Below the pieces are notes generated by a model. The model was not told where the DNA came from, ran no database searches, and saw only the letters and a list, made by a program, of their open reading frames with translations. Positions 38,800 to 53,344 of a stretch of 64,000 nucleotides of DNA are shown in pieces. Within the stretch, counting starts at the first letter, position 1; every line of letters starts with the position of its first letter. A program made the translations under genes and the position numbers. Source of the stretch: Octopus vulgaris. Lineage: Eukaryota. Where the stretch lies: contig OX597816.1 of the NCBI GenBank assembly GCA_951406725.2, positions 77,376,001 to 77,440,000 on the forward strand, in the 5' to 3' direction.

Positions 38800-38858
<59 letters not shown>

Positions 38859-41699
38859 GTAAAGTTAATCCAAACATGAAAACACAAACAGAAAACACAA
38901 CAACGCTAGGACGTGGAACAAGTATAGTATTATTGGACGCTCAGGAAAGAAGGATGATGAGAATAGGGGTTAATTTAGTTTTAAAATAATAAAATTCTGA
39001 GTGTATTTGCGTTGAAGAGAAGTAAGATCTAATGTTTTGGATTGTAACCTTCAGAGGAGAAAATGGCTCCTGAGATAAGAAAGGAGTCGTATCAATATTA
39101 CCTAATAACTGCTCTCTTTGCAACAGGCTACGTTACATTTACGTAAGATTTTAATCCTATACAGAGAGAATAGAAACTAAATACTGTAATATATTTAGTC
39201 CAGCAGACTATCATTTCGATCATTTCCATCTCTTTAGTCTGCTGAAGAGTGTGAGGACGGTTTAATCGATAGAGAACCGGAAAACGAAGGAACTCGTTAT
39301 ATACTGTCACTGACACCATTCTCTTGCATCCATGACCGATTCCATCGGCCTAACTAAATAGATTCTATTGTTCTGAAACCACTTACCGTTGATTTCATTG
39401 GTAGCTCGGTAAACATCATCATGTGTTGTGACAGCCTGTAGTGCTGAAGTCAAGTCTGGAGAAGACAACCGAGAAACCTCTTCCTTCCTTTCATCCAATA
39501 CATGAAGACAAAAGATATTTTAAGTGGTAATGTTACAGCTCATAATTGCTACAGGATAAACCAGGTCTGAAAATTTGTGGCGGGGTGGAACTAATCGATT
39601 TCATCGATCCCAGTGATCAACTGGTACTGAATTTATCGACTCCAAAACAATGAAATTCAAAGCTGACCTCGGTAGAATTTGAACTCAAAACCTAATTCCG
39701 AACATTGATGCAAAGTCATACAGTTTTGTGGTAAGACACCGCCAATGTAACCAACTTCAACATTTTACTGGTACTTGTTTTATAACTCTGTGGAGGAGAG
39801 AATATAACGATTACTTTGACAAGGTTTGAATTCGCAGCATGACTGAATATCGCCAGGGCTCATGCACCCCATTCTATCAATTCTGCTATCACGACCTCGC
39901 TCTCTTACAAATATTGACACTGTGCTTAAAAAGAGAAATCATTATGTTGTAATACAATTTCTGTCCTGCTGAGGTATACAGTTTATAGAAGAAGAAAGAA
40001 AATTTTGATTCATTCCGGAAAAAAACACTTTAATTCAATTTGTAGAGTAGTGATGGAGACACTATTCTAATTATGAATTCTTTGCACTTTAAAATTTTTT
40101 TCTGTAACCTAGAAATTTTTCCGGAAAATATCAAATTACAATATAATAGTTTATCAGTTAAGCTCAAAGCTAATGTTCAAGGGAGAGAGGTAAATTGATA
40201 GAGAGAGGAGGATATGGGTAAGTGACTAAAGAAATTTGAAAATTCTTTGCTGTAATACCAGTACTGGGATCAATTTAATCAACTGTACCCTTCAACCAAA
40301 GCTGTGAACGTTTACCAAAATTACAAATTAGTATTATCATCAACACGAGAGAACCAGTACAGTTCCGGACGAAGTACCTTGCGGTATTTGGTTATATCCC
40401 TTTTCTTTTAATTCAAAATCTTTAAGACGTATTTTGCCTTTCATCCTTTGAGTTGATGATTGCTAAAAGAAGAACCATTTAAGTACTGTAGACTATAGAT
40501 CGAACCGTCAATACACTTCTTATGCTAGAAATCAATATTTGATAGGGGATAGTGTATTCCACTGAACCAAACCAAATGAAATCCAAACGCATGTTTTATC
40601 GACTTAGTAGACGTGAAATATAAAATAGGCATTAATTACATTTGGATTGTCAACATAGTATAATAAACGCTATAGTATTTAGCATTTAGTAATTCGGTAT
40701 ACTGTGACTCCCGGCTTGCGACATCGTCATGATATTTTTGACACGAGCAATAAGATAAGATAATCAGCAGTTTAGCATAGTTTCGATAAAACGTCGTTAA
40801 AACTTATTTGATTGACCACAGAGGGATGAAAATAAAAATAGTAAATCCCGGCGGGATTTAAATTCAAAACGTTGATCGGAGTAACTGACTATCCACCACC
40901 CTAAATATCTGGTTAATACTGATAATGAGATTTTGATACGGATTACCTTCCAAATATCACTTAAGCATATAGTCTCTATATTTATGAGGATTGGGGCAAA
41001 GTGGGATGATGTGACGTTCAAAAACACGGGTATCGTGAATTAGGTGCATTTCTCTTTTTACTATATCTGCCTCTGGACATTAAAACTGCTCTGGCTACTG
41101 AAATTGTCGTGTGGTTTTCGATTTACCGGAACCTTGCCTCTCCTCTTCGTCTGTTGCTATAACAAAACTAGTAAAATATTACAAGTGAATAAGTGGGGAC
41201 AGGCGGTAGTGGGGGACAAACACAAAGATACACACATATACATATGTGCATGACGATCTTCCATGTTTCCGTCAACCAGATCCACTCACAAAGCTTAGGT
41301 CGACCCAAGGCGATAAGAGAAGACACTTGCCCAAGGTGCCACGCAGTGAAACTGGACCCGGAACCATATGGTTGAAAAGCAAAATTCTTACCACACAGCC
41401 ACGCCGGTTGGAATAATTAGAAACACGGAAGTATAGTAGAAAATATTCTTACACCACGATTCATTTTGATACGGAGCGAAGGTGTAAAGAAGAGTATATA
41501 TTAAAGATGTAAAACTGTACATAATAGAAAAGATATGAAAAGTGATTGACGAAGACTAAGAGCTAACATGACTCTCATACATGGTGACTGACATATAATC
41601 ATATTAATTTGTTACCACTTAAGCCTCACTTTAGGAAATATACTCTTCCTCTCTTTTTTTTATTTCCTCTGACTATTAAATGTTTTATCAGAATGGTAG

Positions 41700-43888
41700 G
41701 CTTATCCAACTAGCGTATCCGAATAATGTCTCATAAGAGAAGTGCTTGTATCACAAAGAAGCAAAAAAAATCTGGACGAAGAATCTCGTGCAATTTCAAG
41801 ACTCACATAGGAAAAGAAGACCTGTTCCTCTAGAAGAGCATTCTTTGAAAAACAATTTCAGGATACCAATGAAACTTCAAATTGTCGCTACCAGTTCCTT
41901 GGAGGTACCCTCAAAGGTAGGAAAGAAAGAACAAAGGAAATTTCGAAAGAACTAACTTTTTTATGGCAAAAGAAATTAAATTTCCATATTTATCAATTCA
42001 AAATGTACAAGAAAAAGTAGAAAAAATGCTGAATATCTACCATAAGTATGTAAAACGAAGAAAATACGATTCATTGAAAAAAAATTTTGACATCACAAAG
42101 GAAAACGGTGAATGGCTGTGCAGTGTGGACAGAAGATTATATCTTCAAATTGAAAGCAAAGGACAGGTTGAGTATGCAACTGGAAAGGGAGCCAGTTCCC
42201 AAAACTATCTATCCACCCAAAAGAAGAAAAGTGTCCTTAATGCCAACTTCAACCAGAGCAACTCCAGTGTCGTCGTCAACATCTGAAGCAGAGATTGAAA
42301 GTAAATATCTAGAAGAGTCCGAAAAATTAGATGAAGAACCCACACAAACAAGGAGAAAGTATAGCAAAACTGGAACTGCAACCAAGTTAGTAATATCTTC
42401 TTGTCGACAGTTATCTTAAGATGGAATCAATGTTGAGACTCCTTCCCAATCTGGTATTTACAGATCGACTATGAAAGAAGCTGTTAAACTAAAAAATAAA
42501 ATGAAGAAATCACTAAATTTAGAAAAATGGTCATTGCATTTTGATGGTAAACGTATTGATGACCAAGAATGCCAAGTGCTAATTTTAAAGAATGAACAGG
42601 GAGAAGTTAAGTTAGAAGCACTCCAATTACCAAAGGGAAAAGCTGATACTGTTGTGAAAGGAATAACAGCTGATTTAGGTGAATACAATTTATGGAACTG
42701 TGTAAAGATGATTGTCGCTGATACAACGAGTGTGAAATGGCATTGTCATTCAGTTGCAAACATTGTTTGCTCAAAAGGGTATGAAAGAACCGCAATTTAT
42801 TGGTTGTCAGCATCATATCCTTGATAGAGTTCTTCGTGTTGTAATGGATAACGAACTTGGTGAAAAAAAGTCATCTCCCAATATTGCATATACATTCATC
42901 CCAGAGCTTTTAAGTAATTACGAGAAACTCCAAGCTAATTTCAACAATAGTGAAGAAACGATTACTGAATCAGCAGGATGGCGAGATGACATGAAATTTC
43001 TATTTCATTTGACTAGAGTTTTCCGTTTATTTGAAGAAACCGGCAAATTTTTTACTGGACAGTTTCAAAAAATACCCAACTTAAGTAAGGCAAGATGGAA
43101 TTCTCGAGCAATACAAGCTCTTTTGGCATTTATTTTTCTACCAGAGAAAAGAGTTTTACTTCTCACTGCTTGTCGATTCATCTCTTACAGCTGAGCAGAT
43201 TTTTGGTTCAATGCACATAATTATCAGAAGTTATGTGGTGGCCTGCAAGTTCATAAAAAAGCATTGAACTCTGTAAAAAAATCTTTTGGAGTCGAGAGAC
43301 CATCAAAACTGATAATTCCCAGAACAAATCAGAGAGCAGAACGGGCAATCAAGTGCCTTCAAGATCTTTATGATGTTTGTAAAAAGAAGGAGAAACTTCA
43401 GCTTCGATTTATTTTATCTAACAAAAGATATTAATTCTTTGTTATGTTTAAAAATTTGCCAACATTCATCACACTTTTTCTTATACAGTTACTTAAAGTT
43501 TGGAATTAAACCTATACAGTTAAAAATATGTGTTATTTTTAATTTTGTATGTTATCGAATGCTTGAAGTGGCCTCTGTCTTAATTTCAATTTCAATTCAG
43601 TAATCTTAAAAATGTATAAATACACATCTTTCTTGAGTTTACAAGGATTTAGTCAGCGGGTGAATCTAGTACCACTTAGTGATTATAGTTTTAAAAGCTC
43701 ATAACTCCGAAATTACTTCGACTAGAGAGCTGAAATTTCAGATATACCATTTCTGCATTGCATTGAGTCAGCACACCAAGTTTGGTAAAAACAAATACAG
43801 CAAATAAATGTTAGTTTCCTAGCTTCTGTTAAATTATTCATCGAATTAAAGTATAGGGTCATCAGGTTGTGAAACAGTCATAACCCTA
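41700..43888 (+). mobile_element. Fragmented hATm-like DNA transposon (transposase pseudogene)
   Basis: Successive frames give LHFDGK, ADTTSV, GCQHHILD, ARWNSRA and TNQRAERAIK; frameshifts and stops; likely 3' end cataacccta at about 43888; left TIR not found. Confidence 0.8.
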
Positions 43889-43987
43889 GTATATATGTAG
43901 CTCAACACACAGTCAGAAAGTTTCGTGCTTGAATTACATAACTTGAAAATTCGCTACAGTAGCAGTTTATATTACAACTCGTAAGTC

Positions 43988-44840
43988 TTTCTACTACAGA
44001 CACAAGGCCTGAAATTTTGAGGGAGGAACCTAATCGATTATATCTTATTTTATTATAAGTTATTTTATCAAGCCCAAAAGGATGAAAGGCAAAGTCGAAC
44101 TCGGTAGAATTTGAACATAAAACGTAAAGCTGGAAGAAATGCCTCTAAGCATTGCGTCCGGTATGGTAACGATTCTGCCAGCTCGCCACTTTAATATTAG
44201 TTTAAAATTTTGGCACAAGGCCAACAATTTCGAGGAGAGAGTAAGTCGATTATATCGACCCCAGTGCTCGACTGGTGCTTATTTTATTGATCCCAAAAGG
44301 ATGAAAGACAAAGTCAGCCTCGGCGGAGTTTGAACTCGGAACATGAAGACGGACGAAATACCTATTTCTTTACTGCCCACAAGGGGCTAAACACAGACGG
44401 GACAAACAAGGACAGACAAACGGATTAAATCGATTATATCGACCCCAATGCGTAACTGGTACTTATTTAATGGACCCCGAAAGGATGAAAGGCAAAGTCG
44501 ACCTCGGCAGAATTTGAACTCAGAACGTAACGGCGGATGAAATACGGCTACGCATTTCGCCCGGCGTGCGAACGTTTCAGCCAGCTCGCCGCCCTTAAAC
44601 CAATGAAATACCTACTTCTTTATTACCTACAAGGGGATAAACATAGAGGGAACAAACAAGAACAGACAAAGGTATTAAGTCGATTACATCGACCCCAGTG
44701 CGTAACTGGTACTTAATTTATCTACCCCGAAAGGATGAAAGGTAAAGTCGACCTTGGCGGAATTTGAACTCAGAACGTAACGGCAGACGAAATACCGTTA
44801 AGCATTTCGCCCGTCGTGCCAACGATTCAGTCAGTTCTCC
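43988..44840 (-). mobile_element. Cluster of family-B SINEs (monomer, dimer, further unit)
   Basis: Four family-B bodies, all on the minus strand. Confidence 0.85.
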
Positions 44841-46934
44841 ACTGTTCGCTACCTTAATACAAATGATAATAAATCTACGAAAGCCTGAGACGGTATTAGC
44901 AAGCAGATAACAGAGTATTTAACAGATAAAGTCTCATCTATGACTCTACAGGATGTCTTGACCCATGACAACATTTAAAGTCTCCATCCATTCCATTTAA
45001 CTGCAAAAACACCCAAGGGTAACAACAATTAACCTCAACATTGTAAAAGTAAGTCTCTTCGGAGTATTTTATACAAAAAAAGCATTTAACATGTAGATAT
45101 AGTTTGTGAGGTCAACTCTGCCTTTTATCCTTTCGGAGTCGATGAAATAAAGTACCAGTCAATGTAATCCACTTGTCCCCACCCCTCAGAATTTCTGTTG
45201 TAATCTTAGTCACCTCTACGCCATGGAAATCGAGTAGCCGGCCTTATGATTCCAGGGACTCAAGAATAATTTTAATAGGATATAGTTTTCATTTTTTTTT
45301 TGCCTATTCAAACAGTAAATACAAAGTAAATGTTTTGATAATTGAAATACAAAATCAACAAATAAGGCATTAAACAGACGAAAGTTTTTTTAGGTTTTTT
45401 TTTCTGTATTTTTCCAACACTACCCGGAAGCTTGAGTCATATTTATAAAATGAAAATAAATGAAAACCTCAAAAATACAATAACTCTATAGTTTTGTTTT
45501 TTCGCCTTTTTTCATATATCTTTTGAATTCACGTCATTAGAATTTATGAACGTCAAATAAATTCTTTTTTTGAACGCTGGATCTCCAAACAGATAAAAGC
45601 TAGATAATCCTAGTATATGCACAAAGCCTGAATTTTTGGTGAAGGCTAGTCAATAGCATCAACCCCAGTGTTCAACTGGTGCTTATTTCATCGATCTCCG
45701 AAAGGATGAAAAGCAAAGTCGACCTTGGTGGAATTTAAACTCAGAATGTAAAAGCCGGAAGAATTGCGCACTAACGATTCTGCCAGCTCGCCGCCTTGAT
45801 AATAGTGTAAATATTGGGTTTTAGTAAATATTGGATTTTAGAGTAAATATTGGGTTTTGAAATATATATATTATACTGGAGATGTGGGTTCGAGTACCAC
45901 GGGCTACTTTCGACTTTTTCTATCCAAAGGGTTTTTAACTCAGTATTTACACGTTATTATCTATCTGCTTCGAAAACTTTGGGACTGTCCAAGTCTAAAA
46001 CATTTATAATGTTTTATAAACATTACAGCTAGCGCCGTTCCATAAATGTGAATATTTTGTCTCCGAGAAAACTTCGCAAAGGAACTTACATAGGACTCGC
46101 TTATTCGTAGAGGAACTTACGATTTAAAAAATATTGGATTCGCTTAGCATATCAGTAGATCGCCCACTCCCGGACATTTTAAGCTACACTAAAAATATTC
46201 ATTCAGATCAAGAAATTGGCAAACAAAATATTCACTGATTTGTGCAAATACTAACCATGTTGGAATTAAATTAATATACGCGCTTGAAATAAGATTAGAT
46301 TAAAACATCGGAGTGTATAACAATGTATACACAAACGGTATTTTAATGAAATTTTGTTTCAAGTGCGTACATTAAAATAAAACACTGATACAAAATGTTT
46401 ATCATGCATTGTAGTACAGCCATAATGGTTTTAAATTTTGGTGAGAAGGGATTCATCAATTACATCGATCCCAGTGATCAACTGGAACTTTATTTTATCG
46501 ACCCCGAAAGAAATATAATGAAAGCCTATCCCGACAGAATTTGAACTCATAAAGTAAGGAACCGAATGTAAATTCGATAAACATTTTACCTGAGAAACTA
46601 GTGATTCTGTCGGCTCGCTACCTTTTCGTAGTCGAGTCATAATAACCATTTAAAACATATCACATACATCTTGATATTCCCATTCGTTTTATTTTGTCAT
46701 AGTATTCTATATTATTATGAAAAAAAAATTAGTTGTACATCTAAAGAACTGGTCACATCTAAGTCTAAACTGCTTGGTTGTAGTTGAGATAATTTATGTA
46801 AATATATAGCTCAGGTGTGACTGCGTGGTAAGAAGTTTGCTTTCCAACCACATAGATCTGGGTATTACTATTCTACTATGGTAGAAGATTTGTTTGACCG
46901 AAACTGAAAGAAGTCCATCGTATGTATATGTATA

Positions 46935-47229
46935 TCACCGTGATCACCGTGACCGACCAGGCTATCAGATGTTGCTACACATCGCTGGTCACAATGCGCT
47001 TCGCATTGTTTTAGCCTTCAAATGACTCCACCCCGCTGGCTAAGCGAGCAAGTGAGAGAAAGTTGTGACGAAAGAGTACAGCAGGGTTCGCCACCACCCC
47101 CTGCCGGAGCTTTGTGGAGCTTTAGGTGTTTTCGTTCAATAAACACTCACAACACCCGGTCTGGGAATCGAAACCGCCATCCTACGACCGCGAGTCCGCT
47201 GCCCTAACCATTGGGCCATTGCGCCTCCA
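46935..47229 (-). mobile_element. SINE family C
   Basis: Close match to 37362-37632. Confidence 0.85.
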
Positions 47230-47268
47230 CGTATATGTATATACATGTATATACACATATGTATATAC

Positions 47269-47352
<84 letters not shown>

Positions 47353-47543
47353 GTGGGTGTTTTAATTAGGATTTTACTCAACATATTCCCCTCTCAAATT
47401 CACACACATAACGCAGCAGCCCTTCAGTTTTTTAAGCCCTGTAAGAAAAGAACTCCAAAGGTTGAGCCCCTAACCAGGCCTTTCGCCACACCCTTAAACT
47501 GAGAACTTTTCAGCACCCCCTCTTGTGTGTACACGCACACGCA

Positions 47544-47645
<102 letters not shown>

Positions 47646-47759
47646 CACGCACGCACACACACAGAAGCAAATCTAAGAACGAAAAAGATATCAGGAAAAA
47701 ACAACGAAAGGCAGTTGAACGTACACAGAGAATATACTAGTTTGACGCTCAGTGAAAAT

Positions 47760-48325
47760 ATTGTCCATATGCTTACATTTGATAAGAATTTTGGCTCTGG
47801 AATTAAGTAGGGTGGTGGAATTCTTGAACCTAAAAGGAATGTGCGAGGAAACCATAAATACAGGGAGATTTTTAATAGGCGCTTGATATAAATGTCATAC
47901 TGTTTCTGCTCCAATATGAAGGACATTGTCACTCGCAAGCCTCACCAAAAGCCCATTCCTAGTTGCAACTGTCGTGATCCTGAAGCTTTCCCCCTAGACC
48001 TGGCGTGCTTGATAGAGTCAGTCGACTAAGAGTGCTTCAGAGTAATATAATTGAAAACTAAAATTCTGACGGTTTGTGTGAAGTTAACTTTAAAAAACGT
48101 TATACAAAGCGCTAGTCTTCTTTCCGACAAATCGATACCAATAATGCCAGAAAATTGGCTAGCTGCGTATGGAGTCTGAAGACCAACCGCACATCACTTA
48201 CAATCAAGTGGGAAATCGTGGAGAAATCTATGTCATATGTAAATGGATCAATGAGATGCGACTTATGTGCAGCTGAAAGATCACACATCCCTTTTAGATC
48301 CAAGAGTTCTAAATTCCAAGTAAAT
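47760..48325 (+). mobile_element. Naiad-type PLE GIY-YIG endonuclease relic
   Basis: EIFNRR..MSYC, CNCRDPEAFPLDLACL, GLCEVNFKKRY, SSFR, VWSLK, IKWEIV and RCDLCAAE, interrupted by TAA/TAG stops. Confidence 0.85.
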
Positions 48326-48920
48326 TAGAGAGAGAGAGAAAAGTGAGAAAGAGAGAGATACATAATACATACATGCATACATACATAGAGCGAGAGAGAA
48401 AGAGGGAGAGAGAGAGGTGTTTGTGTTTGTGTTTATCTTCCACTACTGATTGTCAACTAGTGTTGGCTTGTTTAGAGACCCATGGAATAACTACCAGGAT
48501 AAAAAAAAGTATAAATACTGGGATCGGTTCGTTCGACTAGAAAATCTCAAGGTGGTGTCCTAGCATGGGCGCAGCCCAATAACTGAAGCAAATAGAAGAT
48601 AAAAGATATTCAAATGAGTTCACTGAAACATTTCTAAATTGTTCGTTTCATGTGATACAAGATGCATGCGGTGCACACAGGTGTCATATGTGATAACATT
48701 CAAAGGATATGATCCACATTCTTAATGATTACCAGAAAAGCGGGTGAAGGTGGTGGAGTCCTTATGATGTATGACGTCAGAGGAAAAAACTCGTACAATA
48801 CAAATTTCATAGTATTGCCTTGATAATATGCGCAAGCATAGCTGTGTAGTTAGGAAGTCTACTTCGCAACCAAGTGGTTCCGGATTCTATCTTGATGCGA
48901 GTTTAGTGAAATGAAGTGCT

Positions 48921-49256
48921 TTGCTCAAGAACACAGTGTTACCTGATCCGAGAATCGAACCCACGTTACAACAGTCGTGAACCCATATCTGAACCATAAC
49001 ACCACGCGCCTTCACTAAGACATATTACTCGAAGCGTTACAATTTTGTCGTTAATATTGACATTTCATTAAGGTGTCGATCTGGCAGAATCGTTGCTCAA
49101 GAACACAGTGTTACCTGATCCGAGAATCGAACCCACGTTACAACAGTCGTGGACCCATATCTGAACCATAACACCACGCGCCTTCACTAAGACATATTAC
49201 TCGAAGCGTTACAATTTTGTCATTAATATTGACATTTCATTAAGGTGTCGATCTGG
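48921..49256. repeat. Tandem duplication, 172-bp period
   Basis: 48921-49092 is repeated from 49093 with only a few differences. Confidence 0.95.
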
Positions 49257-49868
49257 AATTTAAAAACAAAAAATGAAGTGGATTATCGTTGAAGTCTCAA
49301 ACCAACTTTAAACATCACTTCTGAAATAAATAGAAAAGAGGGTATGTAAGACAGCTAATAAGGCACACACATACACACGCGTACACACAAACAGGCGCAT
49401 ACATATACGCACACAAGCACGCTCTTATTGTTTATGATTTTCTGCTGGTTTCGGCAATTAGGATTCAATTGTTTGACCCGCTAAATTACCGGCTCATAGA
49501 ATTAACATATAAATGGCTAATTATTTCACAAACATTTGAACCCTTAATGTAATTTTCACGCAGAATCAGCGTTAGACGGAATATAACAAAGCTATATCTC
49601 TGAGTTACAAGTGCAATCCATAGAACGGGCTTCTATACACTTTCCGTCCATTCGTTTTTTCATTCACATGATGTCAGATGACCCGAATCTTTTGAAAATG
49701 AAACTTGTCCAAAATATCATACAGTGAGATCGAGGTTGTGAAACGAACTTCTTAACCATTCGATGATGTTGCGCCTACTCACATATACTCTCTCTCTCTC
49801 TCTCTCTCTCTTTATATATATATATATATATTAATGCCGTTAAACGCAGGTGTTATTTGAATTTTTTT

Positions 49869-49956
49869 ACTTCCGACATGTTTCAAAGAAAACATTGGTA
49901 TTATTCCAGAAGGAATATAATGATGTAAAAAAATACAATCTTCTCATCAGAGAAAC
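49869..49956 (-). ncRNA. Diverged hammerhead related to the 37.8/38.5 kb pair
   Basis: Minus strand gtttct-CTGATGA-gaagattg...attccttctggaat...tcttt-GAAAC-AT-GTC-ggaagt; about 40 nt from a (TA)n tract. Confidence 0.65.
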
Positions 49957-51334
49957 AAAGAAACTAAACACATCAATAAGATATTTTAACAGAATGTGAT
50001 GACCGCGTATATGATAAAGGGAACGCTAGTAGATCAAAATTAGTTGACGCATACTATCATTCGGATTCTCGTGTTTATTGATCATTATTAAGGTGTAACA
50101 CATCGTATGCGTGATAATAAATAGATATCAATGTCCATATGATTCCTAACTTCATCAGATCAAGGCATTTAACTTTCAGATAGCTAATTTCACATAGCCG
50201 TAAATAGAAACCATAGAGTAAGAGAAATGATCCGCTTTAATTAATGACAACATCGTAAAAACTGAGGAGTATTTCGATGGTTTACAATGCAGAATTCAAA
50301 TTTTCTAGTAGAGGATGTAACAAAGAAAGAAGAAGGGAAGAAAGGCTTTGGCAAGCTAACGCATATAGTTATTGAAAATAAGTCAATGGGAAGTCTTTAT
50401 GTAGTCGTCAATTTGCTAGAAATAGCAAGCTAACTTCCTTACCTTACGTATGGACGAACACATTGGGTAGTGTGCTTCTAAACGTAGTGTCACTGAAAAA
50501 GGGCAACATTGTCATCAAATAATTAAAGCAGAGATGATTAAAATAAATCTGTGTACATTTACAATTAACAGGTTCGTGTACACTAAAACGTGGAAAGATC
50601 TTCGTTGAGAAATTTTCCTTAAGACAGTCCGATGATGTCGCTCACAAATCTCCTTGGTATGTTTTCACACGCATTGTCTATGAAGAGAATTTCCTCTTCA
50701 GAGACAACTACCGTACTGAAGGTTTTGTCAGCACTAGAATCCCTTAGGTTATACATATGTTTAAGCAACAATCAGTAATGTTCTTTCTCTTCATTGACTA
50801 ATCATAGCATACTGCACAGTTATCATTTCAACTTAATGTTTGTAAAGTGAGACGGCATTAACCTAAAAGCCAATGAGTTAACCTGTAAGCAATCGCTCGA
50901 TATTCTAGAAATATAAAAACCTTTCTCAGATATCACCTACTACACGTCATTTGTTCTGGGGTTTGTGACCCGTTGCTCCCTCCCTCCATCTTCTGCTGCT
51001 TAACCCCCCCGCCCTTTCTGTTGTTTTTTTTTTTTTGTTTCCTTGTAATTAAATTGTGATAAGTATAAATATAAAGATAATCTTTCTAGATACATTCGAT
51101 GTAGATACAATATTTCTGGGAATAAGCCACGGTAGTCGCAGTTTGAAAACCTTTGATCATAGATCATCATGACTGTGATTGATCTGGAGGTTAAACAACA
51201 AAACCGAAATATATAGAAGTAAACCAGCAAATTTAGTTGTGGTGTAAGCTGTCCAATGTATTGGTTTGACGTAAACTTCAATGTTTGATCTGTTTGAAGG
51301 TTTGTTTTTCGAAGATACAGTATTGGAAACGTTT

Positions 51335-51632
51335 GTTTGTTTTGTTCCTTCTCGATCCATGCCAAGCTCATAAGGGCTGGTTTCCCGGTTTCCTTGGCGT
51401 ATAGATTCTCCACCTGGTGGGGACGCCAGTCCGTCGCAGGTGACCTGCATGATGCAGGAGGAAAGAGTGAGAGAAAGTTGTGGCGAAAGAGTCAGCAGAA
51501 GTCCGCTATTACCTTCTGCCGGAACCGCGTGGAGCTAAGGGGCTTCGCTAATAAACACACACATCGCCCGGTCTGAGATTCGAACCCACAATCCCTCGAC
51601 CGCTGCTCTAACCACTAGGCCATGTGCCTCCA
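51335..51632 (-). mobile_element. SINE family D (shares its head with family C, different 3' part)
   Basis: ggaggcacatggcctagtggttagagcagcgg head; plus-strand copy at 62799-63110. Confidence 0.8.
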
Positions 51633-52721
51633 CAAACGTTTGTTTAACATCCTTAAACCTAAATTTTCCAGGCGTTGAACCAAATTTTCCACAATTAGAT
51701 TTTACTGTATGCTTCTATTGTATATATATATAAACACACACAAACACGCACTCATGCATATACATTCACATACACACTAACTCACACACACACACAGACA
51801 TACATCTATACATGATGATCAGAAAATGTACTAACCACTAATCGAATATCAGTATTTTTAACAGAAACATTTAATTCAATAACCAACTCGTCTCAGCAGT
51901 ATTATAAGCCCCGCTTCCGAGCAAAGCCATGCGTCGGACCCTATAATATTTATTGACACCAAACTGCACCATTCACAGATTAGAATTGGGCCCCTAGGCT
52001 CATGGGGCCTCCGGGCAACAGTCAGTTATGCCCATATCTTAAGACGGCACTAATTAATAGTTAGAACAATTTAAACGATTCTTACAAAAGACCAATTCAG
52101 AAATTTAGAAATAGAGTTAATTGAGCGATAATTCTTTCGCTGATTTGAAAAGCTAACATAAAAAGACGACAGGTGGGTAAAATAAGAAATTTCTTGTTTG
52201 CATTTTACCCTATTCTAAAGTAGTAAACATGGTCGGTGTTGAGCAGCTATTCGATAAAGTTACGGCCGTAGTAAGATCAACGTTCTTTATATCAGGTGTC
52301 AGGAAACTTAACAAGGATGGTAGATATTTCCCATCGCAGATATTCGAGCTCGACCTTATTAAGAAGTGCAATGATATATAGTATTTAATACTAACGCCTC
52401 TCGTGTTACAGTATAGCTTTCTGGTTTCTCTTCAGTTACTTTAACTTCGTTTGAGATCCGAAAACAGTTCTCTTATGTTTCTACCAATCCTTTGTCTGTT
52501 TCGGGGGGGGGGGGGTATTTGTTTCAGACATTGGACTACGCCCATATTGGGGCACCGCCTCGTAGAGATCTACTCGCAATACTTATTTTTTTAAAGTCGG
52601 GTACTTATTCTATCGGTCCCTTTTGCTGAACTGCTAAGTTTCGGGAACGTAAACAAACCAACATGCATGAAGTGGTGAAGGCAACAAGCACAAAGACACA
52701 CACATACACACACACACACAG

Positions 52722-52802
<81 letters not shown>

Positions 52803-53026
52803 TAAATGCATACATACATGCATGTATACATACATACATATATGCATGTATGCATACATACATACGAATATATATATATATACAAATAAGAAAATGGAGG
52901 AACAGATTCCTTTCAATCATCAACTTACAGATAATACCAATTCATATTATTTATTAACTACTTAAATAGGAACATCCAAATCCAACAGAATAAAACAGAA
53001 TAAAACAATATACATCAATAAGTAAG

Positions 53027-53115
<89 letters not shown>

Positions 53116-53344
53116 GAGGCCTTCCACACAGTTTTTGTCTATCGAATTCACTCACAAGACATTGGTCGGCCTTGGAATAAGCTGACGTGTAGTGGGGATG
53201 AACGAAAGACCGCGTGGTTACAAAGGGAACGTCTTAACCGCACAGCCATGTCTACGCCGGTGCGTTTATATATTTACGTTTGTCCGTATGTATGTATGTA
53301 TGTATGTATGTATGTATGTATGTATGTATGTATGTATGTATGTA

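Larger units (their letters stand above)
37724..38802. mobile_element. PLE-type fold-back insertion: inverted arm, spacer, arm plus 160-bp tail, bounded by (TA)n
   Basis: 37724-37913 is inverted relative to 38392-38641; hammerheads in both arms; (TA)n tracts on both sides. Confidence 0.8.

Noticed and set aside
41963-43194. Domesticated transposase gene
   Set aside because: Multiple frameshifts and stops without splice signals indicate a decayed transposon.
47150-47229. tRNA-Arg-like sequence (also at 37.6, 51.6 and 62.8 kb)
   Set aside because: It is the head of a SINE attached to a repeat body; no complete cloverleaf with a terminator.
47860-48120. Selenoprotein reading of the Naiad relic
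   Set aside because: The in-frame stops read are TAA/TAG, not TGA at Cys positions; no SECIS recognised.
50571-50655. Possible small + strand exon ending in TG|GTATGT
   Set aside because: Weak acceptor, no homology and no partner exons.
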